A DNA stretch of 58,896 nucleotides, from NCBI GenBank assembly GCA_964618655.1, contig CAZUFG010000001.1:1-58896 (forward strand). The letters are read 5' to 3'. The DNA is from an uncultured Candidatus Bathyarchaeia archaeon (GTDB lineage Archaea > Thermoproteota > Bathyarchaeia > Bathyarchaeales > Bathyarchaeaceae). The position numbers were made by a program, and so were the translations under genes. Positions 1-8,838 of the stretch are shown piece after piece. Every line of letters begins with the position of its first letter. Positions within the stretch are counted from its first letter, which is position 1. Under the pieces are notes generated by a model. That model worked only from the letters and a program-made list of their open reading frames with translations. It did no database searches and was not told the origin of the DNA.

Positions 1-3000
1 CACCCCTGTTTGCCTAAATGTGATTTGATATTTGGCTTGAACAGTGTAGTTACCTATCACGCTTCCTGAGCCTGTGATCGTTAGAGTTCCGTTTTGAAGA
101 GTCGACAACCCTGATGTGGAAATCCAAACGTATTGCTTGCTGGCGTTTACGACGAGTGGCGAAGAGAACGAGAAGGTATGATTAGAATCTTTGTCCCACC
201 AGAAGGAGGCTGAGAGTGCGCTAATATTGTATCCTGTCCCATCAATGGTTACGACTGTGCCTGTGAAATCTGGCTCAACTCCTGATTGAATGAAGGTGAT
301 TTTGTATTGTAGTTGATAATTGGCGGTTGCAGTCTTTGAACCATCCATAAACACGGTTGCTTGGTTACCCAAACCAGTCGGGATGGCACCTGTCCACGAT
401 CTAAAGTCATACATGGATTGACCAGCGACTTTATCGACGTTTTGAACAGCGTCCACGGTGGCTGTGTCTCCGCTATCATACCATCCTTCTCCAGAGACAG
501 CTGCTGGATTAAGGGTTAATACTTCAGCAGGGTGGGTGTTCACGGTTAGATAATATTGCGTCTTGTACTCGGCTGTGAAGTTCTTTGGCGAGTTCATGGT
601 TTCAGATGCTCTTGGATTGTTTGTGGAGGAGTCTTCGACCCATTCTACGAAGACGTACCGAGTGTCAGTCGCTCCCGAAACCGTGCTGTCAACACCAATG
701 GTTCCAGTCATGGTTCCTGAGTCGAACCATTTGGTGTAGGATGAAGCATCTGAAGCTGTGCCAACTTGCAACCCTCCAAGATAGACCTTCGTTGGATAGG
801 CTGAAGGAAGCCCGCTAGTCTTGATGGTTAAGAGGAATTGATGCGTCCACGAGGCTGTTTGAGTTATGGGGCTATTCATTGTAATATTGGCTGGGTTATC
901 CATGCCAGTGTAAGAAATTGTTCCAGTACCCGTCCATCCATTCCATACATAGCGTTCACCATTAATAGTGCTTGGAGATGTTGCATTGATCTCGACAATT
1001 GAGCCAGCCTCATACCAGTGTTCTCCAACAGATGGAGAGGTGGTTCCAAAGTTGGTAGCCATTGTTAATCGGTACTCATGCCTCCAAGCAGCCGTCTCAT
1101 TAATTGGGCTGTTCATGGTCACAGAGGCTGAATTGTCCATGCCAGTGTAAGAAATAGTTCCAGTCCCAGTCCACCCGAGCCAGACGTACCTCTCGCCATC
1201 AATCACTGATGGGGCCGTTGCTGAGATTGGTACTACTGAGTCTTCATCATACCAGTGCGAGCCCACAGACGGACTGGTTGTGCCGAAGTTCGTCGACATG
1301 GTCAATCTGTATTGAGTCTTCCATTGTGCTATCGCCGTCTTTGGTCCATTCATGGGGATTGGGTCACTTTGCGTATAGTTTGTCCCAGATGCGTCTCCAC
1401 TCCAATTGGTGAATACACGGCGTGTTCCATTCCCATTGTCGACCAAGTCTGTATTCAACGACGCGTAGGCCGTCGAACTGGCATTGTACCAGTCAGAGCC
1501 ACTGGTGACGCCGTAAGGTGAGGTTACATTCAAGTAGTACTGTGTCATCCATATAGCTATGGCTGTCTTGTTGCTATCCATGAGAATAGGGTTGCTTTGT
1601 GCATAGTTTGTTCCGGATGCGTCGCCGCTCCATTGGAGAAAAACTCTTCGAGTTCCATTTCCGTGGTCGACTATATTCGTGTTTAGAGTAGCGTAGGCTA
1701 TGCTGCCACTGGTGTACCATCCTTGGCCTCCCACGGTGCCGTAGGAGGAAGTAACAGTCAAATAATATTGTACCACCGCTGGGGGAGAGAATAAAACTGT
1801 TGAGTCTTTTTCGTGTGGGTTGTGAGTCACACGACCCTTGCCTGGAGGCGGAGGCGGAGACTCCGTGCTTCCGTAGGCATCGAAGTGCATCCTCACATCA
1901 GTAGCATTAGAGAATGTTACGGAAACTTGCGCATCTATGTAGCTCTTTGGATTTATGTTTCCAACAACGTAAGAATAATTAAACCATGTTGGATACACGT
2001 CTTTTTCCCATGATAAATCGAAGCCGTATGGTTGTGGTGTGCCGTATGTAAAGGAAGCCTTCGGTATTGTTGTGCTGTCAACCGTGAGGTTGCTAAGATA
2101 ATCATAAGAGGCATTGTTGAGGGCAATAATTAGATGTGTGTTATACGATACATAACTCGCATGTGTGTTATTTATCCTAACAGTGAAGGTTGCGGAGACA
2201 TCACTAACATTAAGAAGCCAACACTGACTTAACCAATCGTCTGGGTCGGGTCCAACATACGTGCCAGCAGGCAAAGAAACGCACAAAATAGAAGGATTCG
2301 TCACTGGCACAATCTGCGAAGTGGACCCTGTTGAACCTTCATTGTCCGTTACTGTCAAGGTTACCGTATAGTTTACTGTAGACAGAGCTGTTGTATAAAC
2401 ATGCACTATGACTGGACTGGTCACAGTTGTGATGTTTCCGTCTCCAAAATCCCAGGCATAACTGACAATACTGCCATCTGGATCATATGATGCTGAGGCG
2501 TCAAAGGTCACCAAGTCATAAATCAATGGATTGCTCGGGGAGAATGTGAAGGACGCTACGGGTGCTTGATTAGGATAGGTAAAAATTACATTCCCGATTT
2601 TAGTTTGATCGGCCAAAGGTAACGTACTATCATCAACCAGCAAACGAACCTGTTTTGAACTCTGCAGAGTTGTGACCTCAATGTAATATGCAACTTCTAA
2701 ATAGTCTGTCTGGTCAACAACTGTGTAAGCCGCCCAACCATATGTTCCTGTTAATGTTTGCCAGATATTGGTTAGGTTTATGGAAGGTGAGTTCGCAACA
2801 TTTGTTGCTAACGTTGTCCTTACTGTATTATCACTCTTCCTAATCAGTATGTCAAGATCACCGTGTGCTATAACTGATGATGCAGATGCACTTCTCATAG
2901 CTCTATATGTGACCGTCCACGTTGAGGCTGGAATTGAAACGATTCCAGTTAATGGATAGACCCATCTGCCCATCAACTTCCTGCCAGTTGATGCCGCTGA

Positions 3001-3180
3001 CGCGTACAATGTAGTTGCGGGGCCATCAGCAGACGACAATTTATGCAAGTAATAATTGACACCGCCTATTGTTGTTGTTTCTGCGTGGGCGAATAATGTA
3101 TTAGTTGAGGTGCTACTCTCAACCTGCCCTACAAAAACTGGGAGAAGTAGAGTTAATATAAAAAGAAGATAAACTATCAT
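1..3180 (-). CDS. Secreted surface protein, C-terminal end runs off the window start. It has a signal peptide, a PKD domain and at least 7 InlB-B-repeat-like ~80-aa repeats.
   Basis: Not in the ORF track because it is open at the window edge. My minus-strand translation from ATG 3180-3178 (MIVYLLFILTLLLPVFVGQVESSTSTN...) stays open for 1060 codons to position 1. The N-terminus is hydrophobic. A PKD-like segment (FDASASYDPDGSIVSYAWDFGDGN) lies at about 2330-2570. From about 1790 down to 1 there are repeats of the pattern QYxLTV..G.GWY..G....(R)(Y/V)F..W(S/T)G..NP..M...K..A.W. Confidence 0.8.
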   Translation of the reverse strand, partial: MIVYLLFILTLLLPVFVGQVESSTSTNTLFAHAETTTIGGVNYYLHKLSSADGPATTLYASAASTGRKLMGRWVYPLTGIVSIPASTWTVTYRAMRSASASSVIAHGDLDILIRKSDNTVRTTLATNVANSPSINLTNIWQTLTGTYGWAAYTVVDQTDYLEVAYYIEVTTLQSSKQVRLLVDDSTLPLADQTKIGNVIFTYPNQAPVASFTFSPSNPLIYDLVTFDASASYDPDGSIVSYAWDFGDGNITTVTSPVIVHVYTTALSTVNYTVTLTVTDNEGSTGSTSQIVPVTNPSILCVSLPAGTYVGPDPDDWLSQCWLLNVSDVSATFTVRINNTHASYVSYNTHLIIALNNASYDYLSNLTVDSTTIPKASFTYGTPQPYGFDLSWEKDVYPTWFNYSYVVGNINPKSYIDAQVSVTFSNATDVRMHFDAYGSTESPPPPPGKGRVTHNPHEKDSTVLFSPPAVVQYYLTVTSSYGTVGGQGWYTSGSIAYATLNTNIVDHGNGTRRVFLQWSGDASGTNYAQSNPILMDSNKTAIAIWMTQYYLNVTSPYGVTSGSDWYNASSTAYASLNTDLVDNGNGTRRVFTNWSGDASGTNYTQSDPIPMNGPKTAIAQWKTQYRLTMSTNFGTTSPSVGSHWYDEDSVVPISATAPSVIDGERYVWLGWTGTGTISYTGMDNSASVTMNSPINETAAWRHEYRLTMATNFGTTSPSVGEHWYEAGSIVEINATSPSTINGERYVWNGWTGTGTISYTGMDNPANITMNSPITQTASWTHQFLLTIKTSGLPSAYPTKVYLGGLQVGTASDASSYTKWFDSGTMTGTIGVDSTVSGATDTRYVFVEWVEDSSTNNPRASETMNSPKNFTAEYKTQYYLTVNTHPAEVLTLNPAAVSGEGWYDSGDTATVDAVQNVDKVAGQSMYDFRSWTGAIPTGLGNQATVFMDGSKTATANYQLQYKITFIQSGVEPDFTGTVVTIDGTGYNISALSASFWWDKDSNHTFSFSSPLVVNASKQYVWISTSGLSTLQNGTLTITGSGSVIGNYTVQAKYQITFRQTGV
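841..1314 (-). repeat. Two adjacent 237-bp coding repeat units (841-1077 and 1078-1314) inside the B-repeat region
   Basis: The encoded units are EYRLTMATNFGTTSPSVGEHWYEAGS...GERYVWNGWTGTGTISYTGMDNPANITMNSPITQTASWTH and QYRLTMSTNFGTTSPSVGSHWYDEDS...GERYVWLGWTGTGTISYTGMDNSASVTMNSPINETAAWRH. The DNA is visibly similar, for example ccatgccagtgtaagaaat(t/a)gttccagt occurs in both. Confidence 0.8.
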
Positions 3181-3245
3181 AGGTAAGCGTAGCTTCAACT
3201 CTTACTCCTTCTCCTTCAGCACTAATATTCTTGCACGTAATAAGC

Positions 3246-3272
3246 ATTTAAGGTTTCTGGAACTTACCTCTA
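3246..3272 (-). promoter_or_regulatory. Island promoter: TATA box (TTAAAT, 3246-3251) plus upstream palindromic box TAGAGGTAAGTTCCA (3258-3272)
   Basis: Read on the minus strand the order is box, 6 nt, TATA. It lies about 66 nt upstream of ATG 3180. The same layout occurs at 10 other island genes. Confidence 0.6.
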
Positions 3273-3461
3273 TCGGATGGCAAATTTATATTCGTAAATT
3301 GTATTAGAAGCAAGGTGTATACGATTTCCTGACTACCGCAGATTTTCATTCGTGACAAAACTATCGATATAAGTATTAACACTGAGAGAAAGCAGGAAAC
3401 TTGTCTTTCCAAACTTATTGGGAGGAGTTTAATAGAGAAGTAGGAGGTAGATGGGTATGGT

Positions 3462-3480
3462 AAAAGAGGGGGAGGGGAAG
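3462..3480 (-). terminator. Pyrimidine-rich/oligo-T terminator-like tract 3' of the 3486-4988 gene
   Basis: The minus strand reads CTTCCCCTCCCCCTCTTTT just after the stop. The same CCCCT..TTTT pattern follows several minus-strand genes in the island. Confidence 0.4.
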
Positions 3481-3485
3481 TTTCC

Positions 3486-4988
3486 CTATGGTTTTGCTAC
3501 TGATACTCTGCAATGAGTGAGACTTCTTCGTCTCTTAGTCCAAGCCATTTTTGAGAAAGCTACGCAAATCAAGGTTGCGGCTAAGAATAGCACTAGAACA
3601 ATAATTTCTGGCATTTCTGGGACTACCCATGTACCGATAATGTAGACTGTTGGGGTGCTGAAGTTTAAACTCAAAGACAAGATTACGTGTGTAGCGTTCT
3701 CCTCAACTATCGGAGTTGTCGTTTGTCCGCAAATAATGACAAACCATTGCCCCGGTGAAGCGTAGAGTAGGTTCCTTGGAATGGTTATGTTGACAAAGCC
3801 ACTGCCTTCGCCTGTAACGTTGAACATTAGCAACCTGTTGGGTTGAACGAGTATCATCGGAACCGGAGTAATCGATCCGTTACTTACCGTTGTAACATAG
3901 AATGTTTGGTTCTCCCAAACGATCTCATGGACGAGCGTTTCGATGAGGAATTCGTAGTAGCCGCTCTCTACATAGTGTAGAAGCAAGTTAGTGTCAGGGT
4001 CAGCAAGTATCGTGTCAAACAGTTCTAGAGTACAGACGCTTGGCGGTCCTTTAGTAGCATTGAAGGTTATTGTGGCTAGTGTTCCGTTTCCCTCAGGGAA
4101 TGTTGTCCAATTGCCTTCACCCGAACCTTGAGGAATCAATAGGATGCCGAGCAAAATGTAGTCCTCATCGATGATCGGCCCAAAATAGAAGACTTCGCCG
4201 AACTGTTCCATGAAAGTGCCATTTAACACTTCCACAACCTCTAGGAAGTTTGTGTCGTAGCGTAACTTGAACTCTAAGCCGACAAGCTTCATACTAGTGA
4301 CTACGTCGTAAATGGTAATGTTGATGTTGAAGACTTCGCCTGAGCGTGTTGGCGCATATGTTTCAGGTTCCACTTTCATTAGTGCCGGAGGTAATGGAGG
4401 TACAATATATGAGTAGCTGCCATCTTCCACACTTGTCGGAAGCGGACCCGCCTCTGGATCGCCAACTATAACATCATATAGGTCAAGGAGACAAGACGCG
4501 GGAGCCTCCTGCACAATTTTCAGGGTTATTCTTGCCAAGGTTCCATTACCAGATTTGGGAACATACCCTTTTTCTATGGCTCTGGTTATGTTGTAGTATG
4601 TAACAGCGTACTCTGCATAGCCGCCATATATCGACTTTGCGAGGACCCAGAGGTTTCCGGCGTCGCTGTCAGGCGTCATGAAATGGCCTGTTGGAAGGTC
4701 AATGCTTATACCTTCTAGAATGGTGCTGTTCCAACTAAGTTTGAATTCCACACCTCCAACGTTTGCTGCGTCTCTGATTTTCACGTCAACGGTAAATGTG
4801 TCATCTACTGCTGTTGTGTTAGAATAGAATATGCTTTCAGGAGGATCAACATAAACTGTTTGTTCTTGGGCACGCACTGGAAAGATGATTACTCCACTTG
4901 CGACACTTAATAGTAATAAAGCAGTTAAGAAAAGCCACAGCAGTTTTCCCACTTTATTATTTGAAGATATGTTTTTCATTTTTATCAC
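3486..4988 (-). CDS. Membrane-anchored scaffoldin-like protein: signal sequence, two cohesin-like modules (class A then class B), a beta-rich module and a C-terminal PEF-CTERM-like anchor
   Basis: 500-aa ORF. Class A cohesin: VDVKIRDAANVGGVEFKLSWNSTILEGISIDLPTGHFMTPDSDAGNLWVL...KSGNGTLARITLKIV. Class B cohesin: KLVGLEFKLRYDTNFLEVVEVLNGTFMEQ...GNGTLATITFNA. The C-terminus is VVPEMPEIIVLVLFLAATLICVAF followed by KMAWTKRRR. There is no dockerin. Confidence 0.7.
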   Translation of the reverse strand: MIKMKNISSNNKVGKLLWLFLTALLLLSVASGVIIFPVRAQEQTVYVDPPESIFYSNTTAVDDTFTVDVKIRDAANVGGVEFKLSWNSTILEGISIDLPTGHFMTPDSDAGNLWVLAKSIYGGYAEYAVTYYNITRAIEKGYVPKSGNGTLARITLKIVQEAPASCLLDLYDVIVGDPEAGPLPTSVEDGSYSYIVPPLPPALMKVEPETYAPTRSGEVFNINITIYDVVTSMKLVGLEFKLRYDTNFLEVVEVLNGTFMEQFGEVFYFGPIIDEDYILLGILLIPQGSGEGNWTTFPEGNGTLATITFNATKGPPSVCTLELFDTILADPDTNLLLHYVESGYYEFLIETLVHEIVWENQTFYVTTVSNGSITPVPMILVQPNRLLMFNVTGEGSGFVNITIPRNLLYASPGQWFVIICGQTTTPIVEENATHVILSLSLNFSTPTVYIIGTWVVPEMPEIIVLVLFLAATLICVAFSKMAWTKRRRSLTHCRVSVAKP

Positions 4989-5010
4989 GTTGGCTTAGTT
5001 ACGACAATTA

Positions 5011-5030
5011 CATATAAGAAATTTTCTCTA
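5011..5030 (-). promoter_or_regulatory. Variant island promoter: box TAGAGAAAATTTCTT (5016-5030) overlapping the TATA box (CTTATATG, 5011-5018)
   Basis: It has the same TAGA(A/G) half-site, but here the distal half of the box is replaced by the TATA box itself. It lies 23-30 nt upstream of ATG 4988. Confidence 0.35.
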
Positions 5031-5135
5031 ATAGAATTCGGATTCTGGGTAATCTTTTTTAAAAAACACTTTTGAAATGAAAGTGAGGAAAGAGGAAGGG
5101 GTTAAGATTTGTTGAATTTGCCTTCTTTTCAGAGT

Positions 5136-5786
5136 TTAACGTTTAGTGTTTCTTGGCAAAGTCTTCTTTGTTATGATGATAGCGACGAGTGTTGCAATCA
5201 TAAATACTGGCAATAGTAAGATTGCCGGAAACTCTGGTAATACTGTGACTTCACCATCAATTGCAACGTTGGGAAGAGGTTCTCCATCAATGTCGCCAAT
5301 TATGACATCATAAAGGTGTAGAGTTGTCTTACCCCATGTCTTGCTGACAAACGTGATTGTTGCTAAGATTCCATTACCAGATTTAGGCGCATAGCCTAAT
5401 TCAACAGCTCTGGTCGTGTTCATGAATGTGACACCATACGATGCGGTCCCTGCGTCATTGTCTACATTCAGCCAGAGAACCCAGAGGTTCCCGGTATCGC
5501 CGTCAGGCGTCATGAAATGGCCTGTTGGAAGCACCATCTCTGTAGCATTAAGAATTGTAGAGTTCCATCCGAGTACAAATTGTACGCCCTCAACACTGGC
5601 AGCGTATGCAATAGTTACATTCACTTTAAAGGTTGTGCCAATTTCTGCTTCTGGCACTACCTTTGAGGCTGGGTCTACTGTCACCGTCATTTGTTGCGCT
5701 CTCACAAGATTAATAGTGACGCTGACTACAAATAGAATGGCCAACATCATTAATAATGCTGTTTTTCCTTTCTTCAAATCATTCAC
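5136..5786 (-). CDS. Membrane-anchored single-cohesin protein with a PEF-CTERM-like sorting signal
   Basis: 216-aa ORF. Signal sequence: TALLMMLAILFVVSVTINLVRAQ. Class A cohesin: FKVNVTIAYAASVEGVQFVLGWNSTILNATEMVLPTGHFMTPDGDTGNLWVL...KSGNGILATITFV. The C-terminus is VLPEF-PAILLLPVFMIATLVAIIIT-KKTLPRNTKR, that is a PEF motif, a TM helix and a basic tail. Confidence 0.7.
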   Translation of the reverse strand: MNDLKKGKTALLMMLAILFVVSVTINLVRAQQMTVTVDPASKVVPEAEIGTTFKVNVTIAYAASVEGVQFVLGWNSTILNATEMVLPTGHFMTPDGDTGNLWVLWLNVDNDAGTASYGVTFMNTTRAVELGYAPKSGNGILATITFVSKTWGKTTLHLYDVIIGDIDGEPLPNVAIDGEVTVLPEFPAILLLPVFMIATLVAIIITKKTLPRNTKR

Positions 5787-5829
5787 CTAACATTGTATAG
5801 AGTTGACTACATTTTCTGATGGTATAGGT

Positions 5830-5844
5830 TTTTAAACTTTTCTA
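5830..5844 (-). promoter_or_regulatory. Variant island promoter: half-box TAGAA followed by TATA (TAGAAAAGTTTAAAA)
   Basis: It has the same layout as the 5011-5030 variant. It lies about 45-58 nt upstream of start 5786. Confidence 0.3.
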
Positions 5845-5932
5845 GAGTTTCAGATTTTTAAAAGGCAGAAGTGCAGCAGGTAAAGCCCAGACGATTACTT
5901 TAGGTTTTTCAGGGGCATAATTTCGTTTAGTT

Positions 5933-5952
5933 AAAAAAGAAAAGAGAGTGGG
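5933..5952 (-). terminator. Pyrimidine/oligo-T tract 3' of the 5953-7860 gene
   Basis: The minus strand reads CCCACTCTCTTTTCTTTTTT immediately after stop codon TGA (5953-5955). Confidence 0.4.
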
Positions 5953-7860
5953 TCAGCATGATTTTCCAAATCTGCCTGCGAGTATGATCATGTCTAGAAT
6001 GTTCACGGTGCCGTCCCTATTCAGGTCAGCCCATGGATTCCATCTTGGATGCCCTTCAGATGTGCCGAATGCGTCCGCGGCTATGATACAGTCCAGTATA
6101 TTAACCTTCCCGTCGCCGTTTATGTCGCCCAAGATTCTAATTTTCACTTGGCCGTCAGTGAAGATATTATCTGTCAAGTCGGTCTCGTACGGAACTTGAT
6201 CGGCTTCTGCACTTATATTGTAGTAGTGGCATGGCTGCACGCCCTTGGTAATCCATGTTATAGTAACGTTTGTCTCGTTGCCTGGAGCCAAATCATTGAC
6301 AGTAACTTCTCCAATTGCATTTCCGTCATATTTGGCAGTGACGTTGAATGTTTCTGATAGGTTTCCTTCGTTTCTGACCGTTATGGTGATGTTAACTGGC
6401 CATCCCTCGTATGTCATGTTTTGAGCTGGAACCACATTGACTACAGCCACGTCTCTTATGAGTGTCATGAAGAAGCCATCTCCCACTTCGTGAGGCATCG
6501 GATTTCCAGACGAGTCGGTAAGGCTAGTACTGTTCAAGTCCAGAACTGTCCATCCAATGGAGTCAACTTGGAATAGAATATTGACTAATGGCAATGGAGT
6601 AAATGTTGTGATTGGACTTGCTGGAGGATCTAACGTAACGTTAACCCACACGTAACCAACCTTGTCGTCAACAATGAATTTGCCACTTGGACGAATTCCA
6701 CTTAGGTCTGGGCAGATGATGGCACCCCAGCAGGTTAGGACACGCGTATCATAAGTTAGGTTAAATATGTAGTTGTATAGGCTATCAACGTCATCGACCA
6801 TTATTGTAATGTTGAAAGTTGCAGGCGGCAACATTGTTGGATCGATGATTTCTGGCGGTTCCACGTAGAGTTTCGCCATCATAATGTTGTTAAAGGAGCC
6901 GTTAGAAGTTGTGTGGGGAAGAGGCTCATCCAATTGATCGGTAAGTTCGGTTTCAGAGAGAGTTAGGGCGCTTGCTCCTAAGCCTTCAACATGGAATGTT
7001 ACAATCGCTAAAGTTCCGTTACCGCTTATAGGCGGTTCTGGTGAAGATAGAGAGGCTGAGAACGTTAAGTAGCCAGCTGTATTGTTTATTTCCTTGAGCG
7101 GCGTGACTGTGGGCGGGAAGAAGTCTCCTAATACGACGTCTGTGGCGTTTAATATGCTGGGATCAAAGCTTAGTTTAAATTGGAAACTGTAAACGTCAGT
7201 TGCATTGGCGATTGTTATGTTAACATCAAAGTTGTTGCACGGAACCAGAGCGGGGTCGAAAATTTTTGGTGGATTCACATAGATTTTAGCGGTTGGTGGC
7301 GGTGGTGAATTCTTAAAGTATCCATCGATGGCGTCGTGAGGTAACGGATTAGCCTCGATGTCTCCAATTATGCTATCTGTTAAGTCTATGATGCTGGAGC
7401 CTATGTCCTTCACTTTTAACGTGATCTTTGCTAGGGTTCCGTTGCCAGATTTGGGCGCATACCCCTTTTCTATGGCCCTCGTCAGGTTCTTGTATGTAAC
7501 AGCGTACTCTGCATAGCCGCCATATATCGACAGTGCGAGGACCCAGAGGTTTCCGGTGTCGCTGTCAGGCGTCATGAAATGGCCTGTTGGAAGCTCAATG
7601 CTTACACCTTCCAAAATGGCGCTGTCCCACTGAACCTTGAATTGTGGACCTCCAACGTTTGCTGCGTCTCTGATTTTCACGTCGACGGTAAAGTTTTGTT
7701 CCGGAAGCAGAGTTGGATCAACTATGCTTGGCGGGTCTATATAGATTTTCATTGCAGCCGGATCAGCGGAAACCGTGTTTAGTGGGAACTGAATCATGCT
7801 GAGTAGGAATAGAATCAAAACTACAGATAACATACTCTCGATTTTTTTCGTCATTGCCAC
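5953..7860 (-). CDS. Adaptor scaffoldin-like protein: signal peptide, three cohesin-like modules, a CARDB-like module and a class C dockerin
   Basis: 635-aa ORF. Cohesin 1 is class A (AANVGGPQFKVQWDSAILEGVSIELPTGHFMTPDSDTGNLWVL). After a PPPP linker come cohesin 2 (ATDVYSFQFKLSFDPSILNATDVVLGDFF...GNGTLAIVTFHV) and cohesin 3 (VDSLYNYIFNLTYDTRVLTC). The CARDB-like segment is RDVAVVNVVP...VNITITVRNEGNLSETFNVTAKYDG...TDLTDN. Confidence 0.75.
   Translation of the reverse strand: MAMTKKIESMLSVVLILFLLSMIQFPLNTVSADPAAMKIYIDPPSIVDPTLLPEQNFTVDVKIRDAANVGGPQFKVQWDSAILEGVSIELPTGHFMTPDSDTGNLWVLALSIYGGYAEYAVTYKNLTRAIEKGYAPKSGNGTLAKITLKVKDIGSSIIDLTDSIIGDIEANPLPHDAIDGYFKNSPPPPTAKIYVNPPKIFDPALVPCNNFDVNITIANATDVYSFQFKLSFDPSILNATDVVLGDFFPPTVTPLKEINNTAGYLTFSASLSSPEPPISGNGTLAIVTFHVEGLGASALTLSETELTDQLDEPLPHTTSNGSFNNIMMAKLYVEPPEIIDPTMLPPATFNITIMVDDVDSLYNYIFNLTYDTRVLTCWGAIICPDLSGIRPSGKFIVDDKVGYVWVNVTLDPPASPITTFTPLPLVNILFQVDSIGWTVLDLNSTSLTDSSGNPMPHEVGDGFFMTLIRDVAVVNVVPAQNMTYEGWPVNITITVRNEGNLSETFNVTAKYDGNAIGEVTVNDLAPGNETNVTITWITKGVQPCHYYNISAEADQVPYETDLTDNIFTDGQVKIRILGDINGDGKVNILDCIIAADAFGTSEGHPRWNPWADLNRDGTVNILDMIILAGRFGKSC
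5956..6135 (-). other. Dockerin module, class C
   Basis: ILGDINGDGKVNILDCIIAADAFGTSEGHPRWNPWADLNRDGTVNILDMIILAGRFGKSC. It has a duplicated DxNxDGxxNxxD calcium loop plus helix. Confidence 0.9.
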
Positions 7861-7907
7861 CTTCTCCTCTCTTCCTTGCTGATAAATACAATGTGAGGGT
7901 TTGGGGA

Positions 7908-7934
7908 TTATAAGGCTTCTGGAACTAACTTCTA
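7908..7934 (-). promoter_or_regulatory. Island promoter: TATA (TTATAA, 7908-7913) plus box TAGAAGTTAGTTCCA (7920-7934)
   Basis: The gap between box and TATA is 6 nt. The TATA box lies 48 nt upstream of ATG 7860. The SD-like sequence GGAGAAGGTGG precedes the ATG. Confidence 0.6.
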
Positions 7935-7975
7935 AGCCTTTTTTATGACCACGAGGCTATGTTCCCTATTTTTAG

Positions 7976-8722
7976 CTAAGTTTCGCTTTTTCCGAAGTTT
8001 TCAGCAAGTTTTATGGCGTCAAGAATGTTGACGACACTATCCTTATTGAGGTCTGCTCTGGAGTCCCAGTTCGGATCGCCTGGCTTTGAACCGAAGGCTT
8101 TCGCTAATATGATGGCATCAAGAATATTTACGGTGCCGTCTCCATTGATGTCGCCTAGCAGTGGTGGTGAATTCTTAAAGTATCCATCGATGGCGTCGTG
8201 AGGTAACGGATTACCCCCGGGGTCTCCAATTATGCTATCTATTAAGTCTATGATGTTGGAGCCTGTGCCCTTCACTTTTAACGTGATCTTTGCTAAGGTT
8301 CCGTTGCCAGATTTTGGTGCGTAGCCCTTTTCTATTGCTTTGGTCATGTTGTAGTATGTAACGGCGTAGTTTGCATAGCTGGCGTATATCGCCTTCGTGA
8401 TTATCCAGAGGTTTCCGGCGTCGCTGTCAGGAGTCATGAAATGGCCTGTTGGAAGCTCAATGCTTACACCTTCCAAAATGGCGTTGTTCCAACTAAGCCT
8501 GAATTCCACACCTCCAACGTTAGCTGCATCTCTGATTTTCACGTCGATGGTAAAGTTTTTTTCCGGAAGCAGAGTTGGATCAATTATGCTTGGCGGGTCT
8601 ATGTAGATTTTCATTGCAGCCGGATCAGCGGAAACCATGTTGGGTAGGAACGGGATCATGCTGACTAGCAATAAAATCAAAACTACATAGGACATGCTCA
8701 TGATTTTTTTCGTCATTGCCAC
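7976..8722 (-). CDS. Minimal cohesin-dockerin protein: signal peptide, class A cohesin and class A dockerin
   Basis: 248-aa ORF. Its N-terminal 190 aa are near-identical to those of the 5953-7860 product (MAMTKKI.SM...DPAAMKIYIDPPSI.DPTLLPE.NFT.DVKIRDAANVGG...). The dockerin follows directly after NSPPLL. Confidence 0.8.
   Translation of the reverse strand: MAMTKKIMSMSYVVLILLLVSMIPFLPNMVSADPAAMKIYIDPPSIIDPTLLPEKNFTIDVKIRDAANVGGVEFRLSWNNAILEGVSIELPTGHFMTPDSDAGNLWIITKAIYASYANYAVTYYNMTKAIEKGYAPKSGNGTLAKITLKVKGTGSNIIDLIDSIIGDPGGNPLPHDAIDGYFKNSPPLLGDINGDGTVNILDAIILAKAFGSKPGDPNWDSRADLNKDSVVNILDAIKLAENFGKSET
7979..8161 (-). other. Dockerin module, class A
   Basis: LLGDINGDGTVNILDAIILAKAFGSKPGDPNWDSRADLNKDSVVNILDAIKLAENFGKSET. 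Confidence 0.9.
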
Positions 8723-8768
8723 CTTCTCCTCTCTTCCTTGCCCGTAAATATATTAGGGGGTTTGAGGA

Positions 8769-8796
8769 TTAATAAAGCTTCTAGAAGTAAGTTCTA
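8769..8796 (-). promoter_or_regulatory. Island promoter: TATA-like TTTATTAA (8769-8776) plus box TAGAACTTACTTCTA (8782-8796)
   Basis: The box is a perfect TAGAA-N5-TTCTA inverted repeat. It lies within the duplicated intergenic unit, 47 nt upstream of ATG 8722. Confidence 0.55.
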
Positions 8797-8838
8797 AGCC
8801 TTTTTTTACTGACTACTAGGCTATGTTCTTCTTTTTGG

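Noticed and set aside
7579-8647. Repeated plus-strand ORFs starting MACWKLNAYTFQNG (7579-7782 and 8441-8647)
   Set aside because: Their conservation is a by-product of the duplicated class A cohesin coding DNA on the opposite strand (the LPTGHFMTPDSD region). They are not independent genes.
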